DNA of 64,000 bases from Pseudomonadota bacterium (GTDB lineage: Bacteria; Pseudomonadota; Gammaproteobacteria; Burkholderiales; Burkholderiaceae_C). A program made the position numbers and the translations under genes. The stretch spans positions 11,334-75,333 of the forward strand of contig JAZKIY010000016.1 in the NCBI GenBank assembly GCA_040384665.1. The letters run 5' to 3'. The notes below the pieces were generated by a model. It was not told the DNA's origin and did no database searches. It was given only the letters and a program-made list of their open reading frames with translations. Shown here one piece after another: positions 40,646 to 53,600 of this stretch; position 1 is the stretch's first letter; each line of letters starts with the position of its first letter.

Positions 40646-41436
40646 ACCAGCGCTGGCATGCTGCCATGGCCGCGCTGCTGCTGTGGCTGCACGCGCCTGC
40701 GGTGGCCGACGTCTGGGGCTACATCGACGCCGCCGGTGTGGCGCACTTCGCCGCCGAGCCCGTGGACGCCCGCTACGAGCTGTTCTTCAAAGGCGGCCCC
40801 AACCTGGTGAACGGCGTGGCCATTGCCGAGCCGGCGCCCACGGCGGCCGGTGCGCGTTCCCGCAAGCTGCTCACCTTCTTTGAGATTTCCAGCAACTACA
40901 AGTCGGTGCGCCACCTGCTGCGTGAAGCGGCGCAGGCGCACAACATCGAGTTCGAGCTGCTGCAGGCGCTGATCGCCACCGAGTCGGGGTTCGACCCGGT
41001 GGTCGTGTCGCCGCGCGGGGCGGTGGGGCTGATGCAGGTGCTGCCCACCACCGCCGAACGCTACGGCATGGTGGCCAGCCAACTGGCCGACCCGCGCACC
41101 AACATCCGCGCCGGTGCCCGCCACCTGCGCACGCTGATGGACCTGTTTCCCGGCCGGCTGGACCTGACACTGGCCGCCTACAACGCCGGTGACGGCGCGG
41201 TGCGGCGTGCCGGCAACCGCGTGCCCGACTACCCCGAAACCCAAAACTACGTGACCACGGTCATGGCGCTCTACACCGAGCTGAAGCCACCGCTGGCCGT
41301 GCAGCAACGCCGCCAGGCCAACAACCGCCTGCTGGCCACGCAGGGCGGTGCGCTGGGCCGCGGCAACATGGTGTTGCCGGCCACCGCGCAACGCCCCGCG
41401 CTCGATTTGCCCCCGGGTCTGCTGGTTGAACGCTGA
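40642..41436 (+). CDS. lytic transglycosylase (SLT domain) protein
   Basis: Signal-like MAALLLWLHAPAVA and the SLT motif ATESGFDP...GAVGLMQV. Start is either TTG 40642 (overlapping the parE stop) or ATG 40666. Confidence 0.75.
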   Translation: MNQRWHAAMAALLLWLHAPAVADVWGYIDAAGVAHFAAEPVDARYELFFKGGPNLVNGVAIAEPAPTAAGARSRKLLTFFEISSNYKSVRHLLREAAQAHNIEFELLQALIATESGFDPVVVSPRGAVGLMQVLPTTAERYGMVASQLADPRTNIRAGARHLRTLMDLFPGRLDLTLAAYNAGDGAVRRAGNRVPDYPETQNYVTTVMALYTELKPPLAVQQRRQANNRLLATQGGALGRGNMVLPATAQRPALDLPPGLLVER

Positions 41437-41460
41437 CCCCTGAACGACGGACTGTTTCCC

Positions 41461-43836
<2,376 letters not shown>

Positions 43837-43981
43837 GGTGGACGTTAAATACGCACAAAGATGCCGAGTTTCACGCTCATATTTGGAGTCGGAGCATTTT
43901 TAATGTGTGAACGTTTTCATTGGTTTAAAGTAAAAACACTATTACTCCTCGCCAGATGTGAGTGATGTATGAGTGTCTTGT

Positions 43982-44010
43982 TTGACGTTGTATTAATGAA
44001 TGCCAATAAT
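43982..44010 (+). promoter_or_regulatory. candidate sigma-70 promoter for the orphan gene
   Basis: TTGACG, a 17-nt spacer, then AATAAT, ending 30 nt upstream of ATG 44040. Confidence 0.4.
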
Positions 44011-44039
44011 CTCATGCTAATGAACCTATTTCGTCATCA

Positions 44040-44609
44040 ATGTCCATAACTGATTGGCTTACCCTTGCGCTTGTACTGATTACTACCTTTTATGCGTGGG
44101 CGACGTTTGAGATTCTTCGCGCTAATAAAAGCGTAGTACAAGCGATGCAGGCTCAAACCGAAGCTCAGTTGCGCCCCTACATCGTCGCTGCCGTTGCGGT
44201 TCGTGCTGGCACAACTCTTCTACTACTTGAGATTCGGAATACTGGAAAATCGCATGCAGTTGATGTCCGTTTGGCGATGGATAAGGACTTCTTCTTTAAT
44301 GGGGAGAAAGCTGAAAAAAATATCGCTAGGATGAATATCTTTACACAGCCGATTGAGTCACTTTCTCCGGGGGTAAGTATCCCATTCGTTCTCGGAGTCG
44401 GACATTCGATATTTGCTAATAGTGTGGATGACTCAATCTGTCCTAAGGTGTTCTCTATAACAGCGGAGTATTCGTTCGCGGGAAGACGATACAAAGAACA
44501 GAACATTATCGACCTACGACCGCTGATGAATAGCAGCGCGGAACATGATCCTATCGCTGAGGAAGTGAAGAAGTTTCGTGAGAGTCTTGAGAAGGTGCTC
44601 CGAAAGTGA
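44040..44609 (+). CDS. hypothetical membrane-anchored protein (low-GC orphan)
   Basis: 189-aa ORF in a ~40% GC patch. N-terminal TM helix WLTLALVLITTFYAWATFEIL, and AT-rich codon usage unlike its neighbours. I recognise no family. Confidence 0.55.
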   Translation: MSITDWLTLALVLITTFYAWATFEILRANKSVVQAMQAQTEAQLRPYIVAAVAVRAGTTLLLLEIRNTGKSHAVDVRLAMDKDFFFNGEKAEKNIARMNIFTQPIESLSPGVSIPFVLGVGHSIFANSVDDSICPKVFSITAEYSFAGRRYKEQNIIDLRPLMNSSAEHDPIAEEVKKFRESLEKVLRK

Positions 44610-44615
44610 CGGGGC

Positions 44616-44661
44616 TTGCGAAAACTGATCACGTGGGCATCCGCGTGATCAGTTTTCGCAA
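44616..44661. repeat. perfect 18-bp inverted repeat (stem-loop) after the orphan gene
   Basis: ttgcgaaaactgatcacg, a 10-nt loop, then cgtgatcagttttcgcaa. No U-run follows. Confidence 0.85.
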
Positions 44662-44764
44662 AGGCAACCAACGGACTGAGTTGGGTTCAGATCCCAACTC
44701 TGCCCTGGCGTTCAAGCCGAACGCGGCCCCCCGGTTGGCGTGAGCCGACGCACCCCAACACGCC

Positions 44765-45580
44765 ATGACCCGGAACCAATCCCTCACCCGCCCCAACGCG
44801 ACAGCCCAGGCCAGCATCCAGGCCCAGGTGGCGGTGCTGGTGACGCTGTCCACCCTGCTGCAGTGCCTCGCGCTGCTCGGCGTGTTGCCCATTGCCCCCG
44901 GCAGTCTGGGGCGCCATGTGTACAGCACGGTGGAGTTGTTGCTGGTGGCTGGGTTGCTTTACCAGGGGTGGCGCATCTGGCAGTGGGCTGTGGCGACGGG
45001 GCAAGGTGCGCTGGTGCAGCAGGTGGCGCGGCTGTGTTTTTATTCGCTGCTGCTGTGTGGCTTGGGCGACATCGTCAACCGCAACTACCTCGAACGGTAC
45101 TACCAATGGGACGAGGTGATCCGGCACGGCTACCTGATCCAGTCCATTGTGTTTTTCTTCCCTGGCTATACCTTGGTGCTGGTGGCCAACTGGCTTTTGG
45201 GCGCGCCGCATGTCCGCCCGCGCACGGTGGTGTTGGGCACCCTGGCTGCGCTGGGGGTGGGGGCTCTGGCGTTCTTCGGCAGTTTCGACCCTCGGGTGAA
45301 TGCCTTGGCCTCGGCGGCCATGCTGGCCTACACCCTGTTGCACGCGGTGCTGGTGGTGTCTGTGGTGTGGGTGGTCCGGGCCTGTGGCTGGTCTGCCAGC
45401 AGCCTGGTGGCGATCGGTGTGTTTCTGGCGGCGGTGGCAGATGCGCTGATTGGCCATTTCTGGATTTTCAGCGACCATTTCCCGGTGATCGAACACGTGA
45501 ACTGGATCGTCTATTTCGCCTCGCTGGCGCTGATTCAGCAGTTGCCATTTTTGGCAGCGCGGGCACATCCGGCCGATTGA
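44765..45580 (+). CDS. polytopic integral membrane protein (possibly YhhN/lysoplasmalogenase-like)
   Basis: 271 aa with 7-8 hydrophobic segments. The LLCGLGDIVN and IFSDHF motifs are reminiscent of YhhN, but the family call is tentative. Confidence 0.55.
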   Translation: MTRNQSLTRPNATAQASIQAQVAVLVTLSTLLQCLALLGVLPIAPGSLGRHVYSTVELLLVAGLLYQGWRIWQWAVATGQGALVQQVARLCFYSLLLCGLGDIVNRNYLERYYQWDEVIRHGYLIQSIVFFFPGYTLVLVANWLLGAPHVRPRTVVLGTLAALGVGALAFFGSFDPRVNALASAAMLAYTLLHAVLVVSVVWVVRACGWSASSLVAIGVFLAAVADALIGHFWIFSDHFPVIEHVNWIVYFASLALIQQLPFLAARAHPAD

Positions 45581-45668
45581 GATGGCGTGATCATTCGCGC
45601 CGAACACCAGGGCCACCCACGCGCTGACGTGGGCCCCGCGTTCCCTTCCGCTTGCCTTTCTGGCTGGC

Positions 45669-46175
45669 TCAGGACAGCCGCAACTCTTCGTGTTTGCCCA
45701 AGCTGGTGGGTCGCTCGCCGGTCACTGCGGCTTTGGCCATTTTGAAGAGCTGGGTCATCTTGCTTTCCTGCACGTCCCAGTATTCGGCCTGAGCGATGTG
45801 CACCGCCAGCAAAACAAGGTCGGGGTCGGTGGGGCCGCCGGGGAACCAGGCTTTGGCGAGGGGCGACCAGAGTTCTTCTTTGCGGCGGGCGTCGTCCACA
45901 AATTCGGCGGTGCCGGCGAGCGACACATAGCTGTCGGCGCCCGGGTCGGCAAAGCTCACGTTGACCGCCTTGTCTGCCTGCAGGCGCGCATGGGGTTCGC
46001 CAGACTTGGCGATGAAGAAGTACAGCGTGGCGTCTTCGTCGATGTCGCGGTTCTGGACTGTCATTGGTTGCGCATAAAGCGCGCCGCTGGGGCCCCGGCT
46101 GGTCAGCATGCCGAAGCGGATGTCTTTGATGAGTTCCCACAGCTTGGTGTGGATGGTGGACGGGTCGGTGGGCAT
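45669..46175 (-). CDS. pyridoxamine 5'-phosphate oxidase-like / general stress protein 26 family
   Basis: ATG 46175 within ORF 45669..46307. IRFGMLTS...LYFFIAKSGEPHARL...AEYWD pattern. Confidence 0.7.
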   Translation of the reverse strand: MPTDPSTIHTKLWELIKDIRFGMLTSRGPSGALYAQPMTVQNRDIDEDATLYFFIAKSGEPHARLQADKAVNVSFADPGADSYVSLAGTAEFVDDARRKEELWSPLAKAWFPGGPTDPDLVLLAVHIAQAEYWDVQESKMTQLFKMAKAAVTGERPTSLGKHEELRLS

Positions 46176-46293
46176 GGGGCTCCTTGTGGGGTGGAATGGC
46201 AATGTTCCACTGTAGGAGCGGCACCGCGCGCTGGCTGTCGGTGCGGGGCACCACGGGCTGTGGGTGAAGTCCCACAGCCGGAAGGCGGTGAAG

Positions 46294-46761
46294 TCAGGCC
46301 ACTTCAACGATCATTTCAATTTCCACACACGCCCCCAACGGCAGCTGCGCCACGCCAAAGGCGCTGCGGGCGTGGGCGCCGCGTTCGCCAAACACCTGGC
46401 CGATCAGCTCGCTGCAGCCGTTGGTGACGAGGTGGTGGTCGGTGTAGTCGGGTGTGGAGTTCACCAAGCTCATCAGCTTGACGATGCGTTTGACGCCGTT
46501 CAGGTCACTGCCGGCGGCCTGCATGGCGGCGTTCAGGGTGCCGAGCAGGTCGATGGCGATGGCGCGGGCGGCGGCTTTGCCTTCTTCGGTGGCCATGTTC
46601 TTGCCGAGTTGGCCGACCCAGGGTTTGCCGTCTTTCTTGGCGATGTGGCCGCTCAAAAACACCAGCTTGCCACTTTGCACAAAGGGCACGTAGGCGGCTG
46701 CGGGCACGGAAACGGGGGGCAGGGTGATCTGGAGCTGTTCCAGGGTGGTGTAAATGCTCAT
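46294..46761 (-). CDS. RidA/YjgF/RutC family protein
   Basis: 155 aa with a GKLVFLSGHIA...SAFGVAQLPLGACVEIEMIVEV C-terminus typical of the family. Confidence 0.8.
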   Translation of the reverse strand: MSIYTTLEQLQITLPPVSVPAAAYVPFVQSGKLVFLSGHIAKKDGKPWVGQLGKNMATEEGKAAARAIAIDLLGTLNAAMQAAGSDLNGVKRIVKLMSLVNSTPDYTDHHLVTNGCSELIGQVFGERGAHARSAFGVAQLPLGACVEIEMIVEVA

Positions 46762-46764
46762 ACG

Positions 46765-46834
46765 GTCTCTTTTTTAGGTCAAATAGGCTTCAAGCCCTAG
46801 TACAGTCTAGCGATGTTGCTATTGAATGAATAGC
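46765..46834 (-). repeat. low-GC palindromic element, copy F (reverse), filling the ridA / transglutaminase spacer
   Basis: The reverse complement of 46790-46822 is atagcaacatcgctagactgtactagggcttga. Hairpin gctattcattcaatagc. Confidence 0.8.
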
Positions 46835-46836
46835 GT

Positions 46837-47820
<984 letters not shown>

Positions 47821-47846
47821 GGCGGGCTTTCAGTGGCCTGGGGCTT

Positions 47847-50522
47847 TCAAGCGCCGACGCTGAGCTTGTCTTCGCCCGAATGGGTGAAGTACAGCGCGCC
47901 AATGCGCTCTGACAGGCGGTAGGCCACGGCGCTGCACTGGGCCAGCTGGTCGATGAAGGCCGGGTGGCGCGGCGCAGCGGGGCGCTGTTTGTCGGTGGCG
48001 GGTGCATTGCCGGCGGGGGCGGCCTGCACCATCTCGGCCAGTGACCAGCTGCCGGGGTCGGGCAGGGCCAGGCCGAGCGCGTCCAGCGCGTCAGGCGTGG
48101 TGCCGGCCAGCTTGGCGAGCCGGCCACCGAGCGACTGCGCCACCCACCCAAGCGAGCGCGGGTTGTCGCGGTCCAGCACCAGCAAATCCAGCAGCGCCGG
48201 GATGTCGCGCCGCTGCTGGTACTGGGCGTGGAAGGTGATGGTGCTGTCAAACAGCGCCACCAGCGCCTCGAAGCCGCCTTCGTCGTGCACCGCACCGGTC
48301 TCGAAGCTCTCGGCCATGGCGGTGGAGAGAAAGCCCAGCCGCTCGATGTGTCGGCCGATGCTGAGCAGGCGCCAGCCGTCGTCGCGCGTCATGCGGTCGG
48401 TTTGCGCGCCGGTCATGGCGGCCATGTACATGCTGGCGGCTTCCAGCGCCTGCAGCGCGTGGGTGGTGGCGTAGTCGCCGTGGTTTTCGGTGAAGCGTTG
48501 GAAAAACTCGGCCTCGGCGCGGCCGATCAGTTTCCATTGCTCCTGCGACAGCCGCTCCCGCACCGACGACGCGGCCAGCCGGGTGGCGCGCAGGTTGTAG
48601 CCGACGCTGCCGGCGCCGTCTTCGGCCGTCAGGTTGGCCACCAGCGAACGCTCGAACACCCGGCGGGCCTGGGTGGCGGCGGGCACGTCGGGTAGCACCA
48701 GGTTGGTGCGCACCGCGAGGTCGCTCAGCCAGGCCAACAGCGGCTGGGACGACTGGTCTTCGCCGTTCAGCGACTCCAGCGTCAGCCGGGCCAGGCGGAT
48801 GGTGTTCTCGGTGCGCTCGGTGTAGCGGCCAAGCCAGAACAGGTTCTCGGCGGCGCGGCTGGTGACGACCCGCTTGCCGTGCACCAAAGACGAGCGCGAG
48901 GCGCGCGCCGGCAACAGGGTGGAGTTGTCGACCTCGCCGTCGGTCATGACCCAGACGTCGGCGCTGCCGCCGCCGCGCTGCATCGAGGCGACGCCGGCGT
49001 CGGCACTGGCAATGCGGGCCAGCCCGCCGGGCAGCACGCGCCAAGAGCGCGGGCCGTCAGACACCGCGTACACCCGCAGCAGCACCGAGCGCGGCACGAT
49101 GCGGCCGGTGTCCGCCGGGGACGTGCCCTCGGGCGCATCGGGCCGCCAGGTTGGCATTTGTGACAGCGGCAGGTAAGACTGCACGGTGTGCGCGTCGCCC
49201 TGCCGCATGATGCGGCCAGCCCATTCGTCGAGCTGGCGGCGCGACTGCGAGCGGCCCAGCACCGCGTGGAAAGAACCGTGGCTGCGCGAGCCCACATAGG
49301 TGGGCTTGATCACGCTCTGCTGCAGCCGGGGCAGCGCGTCCTGCATGGCCGCGCGTTCGCCGCACCACCAGGTGGGCATGGCCGGCAGCAGCAGTTTTTC
49401 GCCGGTGAAATGGCGCGACAGCGCAGGCAGAAAGCCCAGCAGCGCGGACGACTCCAGAAAACCCGCACCAGGCGCGTTGGCCACCAGCACGTTGCCGGCG
49501 CGGATGGCCTGCAGCAGGCCGGGCACGCCAAGGCGCGAGTCGGGGCGCAGCTCCAGCGGGTCGAGGAAAGGGTCGTCCAGCCGCTTCAGCAGGCCGTGCA
49601 CCGGCTCCAGCCCGCGCAGCGTGCGCAGGTAGACATGCTGGTCGCGCACCGTCAGGTCACTGCCTTCCACCAGCGTGATGCCGAGGTAGCGCGCCAGGTA
49701 GGCGTGCTCGAAATAGGTTTCGTTGTACGGGCCGGGCGTCAGCAGCGCAATGTGCGCGTCGGCCCCGGCGCTGCTGAGCTGCTTGAGGTTGTCGATCAGT
49801 GCCCGGTAGGTGGCCGCCAGCCGCTGGATGTGCAGGCCCTGGAAGGCCTGCGGAAACTGGCGCGAAATCGCGATGCGGTTTTCCAGCAGGTAACCCAGGC
49901 CAGACGGGGCTTCGGTGCTTTGCGACACCACCCACCAGTGGCCGTCGGGCCCACGGGCGAGGTCGAACGCCGCCACGTGCAACCGGGGGCCGGCCGCTGG
50001 CGGCGCGCCGTGCATCTCGCGCAGGTAGCCGGGGTGGCCCTGCACCAGGGCGGGTGGCAGCAGGCCCTTGGCCAGCAGCTGCTGCGGGCCGTACACGTCG
50101 GCCAGCACCTGTTCCAGCAGCTGCATGCGCTGCAGCACGCCGGCCTCGATCTGCCGCCAGTCGCCGGGCGGGATGATCAGCGGGAACAGCTCCAGCGACC
50201 AGGGCCGCTGCGGGCCGCTGGTGTCGGCATAGACGTTGTAGGTGACGCCGTTGTCGCGGATCTGCCGCGCCAGCTGGGCACTGCGGCGGTTCAGGTCCAG
50301 CAGGCCCTGGTGGCCCAGGTGGTTGAAGAAGCCGCGCCAGGGGCCGGTCAGGCCCGGCAGGCCGGCTGGCGCATCGCCGTGGGGGTTGCCGGCGTGGCCG
50401 CGGGTGGCACCACGCAGCTCGTCGTAATGCTCGGCCGCGGCCGGCGTCGCGAGGGCGCCGGCCAACCCGGCCGGGCTTTCGCCGGCCTGTGCGTCAAAAA
50501 GGGATGAATTTGGTGTTTCCAC
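47847..50522 (-). CDS. fusion protein: circularly permuted type-2 ATP-grasp domain + alpha-E domain
   Basis: 891 aa with a GTG start. The N-terminal half resembles the 497-aa CP ATP-grasp protein at 56817. The C-terminal half carries the alpha-E signature AAENLFWLGRYTERTENTIRLARL. Confidence 0.8.
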   Translation of the reverse strand: METPNSSLFDAQAGESPAGLAGALATPAAAEHYDELRGATRGHAGNPHGDAPAGLPGLTGPWRGFFNHLGHQGLLDLNRRSAQLARQIRDNGVTYNVYADTSGPQRPWSLELFPLIIPPGDWRQIEAGVLQRMQLLEQVLADVYGPQQLLAKGLLPPALVQGHPGYLREMHGAPPAAGPRLHVAAFDLARGPDGHWWVVSQSTEAPSGLGYLLENRIAISRQFPQAFQGLHIQRLAATYRALIDNLKQLSSAGADAHIALLTPGPYNETYFEHAYLARYLGITLVEGSDLTVRDQHVYLRTLRGLEPVHGLLKRLDDPFLDPLELRPDSRLGVPGLLQAIRAGNVLVANAPGAGFLESSALLGFLPALSRHFTGEKLLLPAMPTWWCGERAAMQDALPRLQQSVIKPTYVGSRSHGSFHAVLGRSQSRRQLDEWAGRIMRQGDAHTVQSYLPLSQMPTWRPDAPEGTSPADTGRIVPRSVLLRVYAVSDGPRSWRVLPGGLARIASADAGVASMQRGGGSADVWVMTDGEVDNSTLLPARASRSSLVHGKRVVTSRAAENLFWLGRYTERTENTIRLARLTLESLNGEDQSSQPLLAWLSDLAVRTNLVLPDVPAATQARRVFERSLVANLTAEDGAGSVGYNLRATRLAASSVRERLSQEQWKLIGRAEAEFFQRFTENHGDYATTHALQALEAASMYMAAMTGAQTDRMTRDDGWRLLSIGRHIERLGFLSTAMAESFETGAVHDEGGFEALVALFDSTITFHAQYQQRRDIPALLDLLVLDRDNPRSLGWVAQSLGGRLAKLAGTTPDALDALGLALPDPGSWSLAEMVQAAPAGNAPATDKQRPAAPRHPAFIDQLAQCSAVAYRLSERIGALYFTHSGEDKLSVGA

Positions 50523-50603
50523 GGGTCACGCAATTGTCACACCCAATCCGCAGGCAACAGGGCCAGACGTCGCAGCGAAGCGACACCTGGGCCTGGCCAT
50601 GGT

Positions 50604-53600
50604 TCAGGGCTTGGACGAATGCCGCATGTCGCGGGTGAACGGGAACTCGCGGCTGCCGGGCAGCTGGATGTTGGCGGCCGGCACCTGCAGCGTGCCGGGG
50701 GTGTGGCCCATGCGGAAGAAGCGGCCCAGGCGCCGGCTTTCGGCCTCGTAGGCGTTGACGGGGAAGGTCTCGTGGTTGCGGCCACCGGGGTGGGTGACGT
50801 GGTACTGGCAACCGCCGAGCGAGCGCTTCATCCAGGTGTCCACAATGTCAAACACCAGCGGGGCGTGCACACCGATGGACGGGTGCAGGCTGGACGGTGG
50901 GTTCCAGGCCTTGTAGCGCACGCCAGCGACGTACTCGCCCACGGTGCCGGTGGCCTGCAGCGGCAGCGGCTCGCCGTTGCAGGTGATGGCGTAGCGGCTG
51001 GTGTTGAAGCCGGTCACCCGCACCTCGATGCGCTCCAGCGACGAATCCACGTAGCGGGCGGTGCCGCCGGAGGTGCTTTCTTCGCCCATCACGTGCCAGG
51101 GTTCCAGCGCGTTGCGCAGCGTGAGTTCCACGCCCTGCACATGGACTTCGCCCACCAGCGGGAAGCGGAATTCAAAGTGCGGCGCAAACCAGGCCGGGTC
51201 GAAGGCGTAGCCGGCTTGTTTCATCTCGGCCATCACGTCGTCAAAGTCCATCTGCACAAAGGTCGGCAGCAGGAAGCGGTCGTGCAGCTCGGTGCCCCAG
51301 CGGGTGGCGGGCGCCTCGTACGGTGTTTTCCAGAAGCGTGCCACCAGGGCACGCAGCAGCAGCTGCTGGGCAATGCTCATGCGGGCGTGGGGCGGCATCT
51401 CGAAGGCGCGCAGCTCCAGCAGACCGAGCCGGCCGGTGGAACTGTCGGGCGAGTACATCTTGTCGATGCAGAACTCGCTGCGGTGGGTGTTGCCGGTGAC
51501 GTCGATCAGGATGTTGCGCAGCGCGCGGTCCACCAGCCACGGTGGCATGGTCTGGCCGTGTTTTTCGCGGTTCTTGCGGATTTCTGCCAGCGCAATTTCC
51601 AGCTCGTAGAGCTGGTCGTTGCGGGCTTCGTCGACACGGGGGGCCTGGCTGGTCGGGCCAATGAACATGCCGCTGAACAAATAGCTGAGCGACGGGTGGT
51701 TGTGCCAGTACAGCAGCAGGCTGGCCAGCAGCTCGGGCTGGCGCAAAAACGGGCTGTCGGCCGGGCTGGCGCCGCCCATCACAAAGTGGTTGCCACCGCC
51801 GGTGCCGGTGTGGCGGCCGTCGTTCATGAACTTCTCGGCCGAGAGGCGGGTCTCGAACGCGGCCTGGTACAGGAACTCGGTGTGTTGCACCAGCTCGTTC
51901 CACGAATGGGCCGGGTGGATGTTGACCTCGATCACGCCGGGGTCGGGGGTGACCTGCAGCACTTTCAGGCGCGGGTCGCGGGGCGGTGGGTAGCCTTCGA
52001 GCACCAGCTTCACGCCGAGTTCGGTGGCGGTGGCTTCAATGGCGGCGAGCAAATCGAGGTAGTCGTCCAGCCGCGCCAGGGGCGGCATGAAGCAGTACAG
52101 CGCGCTGGAGGGCTGGCCCTGTTTTTCGGCCTTGGGGCCGCTGGCGCGGCGCGGGTCGCGTACCTCCACACACAGCGCGGTGCGGGTCAGGCCTGCAGCC
52201 GAATGGAAGCGTTCTGGCGCTTTGGCAAAACCAGCCGGCTCGGGCTGGCCAGGGCGTTGTGCGTTGTCGGTGCCGATGGGCTGGCCGGGGCCGCCCTGGC
52301 GCAGGCGTGCGGCTTCGCCGGGGGCAACGCTGCGGGCCAGGTAGGCAATCGCCTGGCGGCCTTCGGCGGCTGGGGGCGCTGGCACGGATGCCGGTGCAGG
52401 GGCCGTGGCGGCGTAACGCGCCTGCAGCACGTTGGCGGGGGCCAGGGGGCCGCGCGGCGCAAACGGGTCCTGCTCGATCAGGTAGGGGTAGTCGGACTTG
52501 CTGACCCAGGGCAGGGCGTCCAGCGGCAGGCGGTAACCCATGGGCGAGTCGCCGGGGATCAGGTACATGCGGCCGTCGCGGAAGAACCAGGGGCCGGTGC
52601 GCCACAGCGGGCCGGCCAGGCGAGTGCCTGCGTCGTCGTCGTTCGGCTGCAGCGGCAGCACGTAGCCGACCACCGTGTCGAGTTTTTGCGAGAACACGCG
52701 GCGCAGCCGGGCGCGCTCCATCTCGTCGTCGAGCTTGGACTCGAACGGGTCCACGTTGACCGGCAGGCGGCCTTCGCGCCAGAGGTAATACAGCGCGTCC
52801 TCAAAGCCGGGCTGGATGTGCTGGTCGGTCAGGTTCAGCTTGTGGCTCAGCAGCGTGACGAAGCGTTTGGCGTCGTCGCTGGTGTAGTTGGAAGGCACAC
52901 GTTCGTCGGCAAACAAATCCGGGTTGCGCCACACCGGCTGGCCGTCGGCACGCCAGTAAATGCCCAGCGCCCAGCGCGGCAGTTGCTCGCCGGGGTACCA
53001 CTTGCCCTGGCCAAAGTGCAGGAAGCCGCCGCGGCCGTATTCGTTGCGCAGCTTGTGAACCAGCTCGGTGGCGATGCCGCGTTTGGTGGGGCCGAGGGCG
53101 TCGGTGTTCCATTCGGCGGCGTCGCGGTCGCCCACCGCCACAAAGGTGGGCTCGCCGCCCATGGTCAGGCGCACGTCGCCGGCCACCAGCTCCTGGTCGA
53201 CCGCGTTGCCGAGGGCCAGTACGGCGTCCCACTGCGCGTCGGTGTAGGGCTTGGTGACGCGGGGCGACTCGTGGATGCGGGTGATGCCCATGTGGTGGCT
53301 GAACTCGACCTCGGCCTCGTCCACGCCGCCCTCGATCGGGGCGGCACTCGACGGTTGCGGCGTGCAGGCCAGCGGGATGTGGCCTTCGCCGGCCATCAGG
53401 CCCGAGGTGGCGTCCAGCCCGATCCAGCCGGCGCCAGGCAGGTACACCTCGCACCAGGCGTGCAGGTCGGTGAAGTCCACCGTGGTGCCGCTGGGGCCGT
53501 CGAGCGCTTTCACGTCGGGCGTGAGCTGGATCAGGTAGCCGGAGACAAAACGCGCTGCCAGGCCGCAGTGGCGCAGCAGTTCCACCAGCAGCCAGCCCGA

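Noticed and set aside
43861-43965. 34-codon ORF (MPSFTLIFGVGAFLMCERFHWFKVKTLLLLARCE) at the left edge of the low-GC island
   Set aside because: It has no RBS, lies upstream of the candidate promoter, and ORFs of this length are expected by chance. I cannot support it as a gene.
44671-44708. tRNA-like T-arm (ttggg-ttcagat-cccaa followed by ctctgcc), considered as a tRNA 3' fragment or att relic
   Set aside because: The pairing extends to 8 bp (gagttggg/cccaactc), unlike a 5-bp T-stem. The loop lacks the conserved A58. No complementary acceptor strand, D arm or anticodon arm lies upstream, and there is no matching repeat at the other island edge. I treat it as a plain hairpin.
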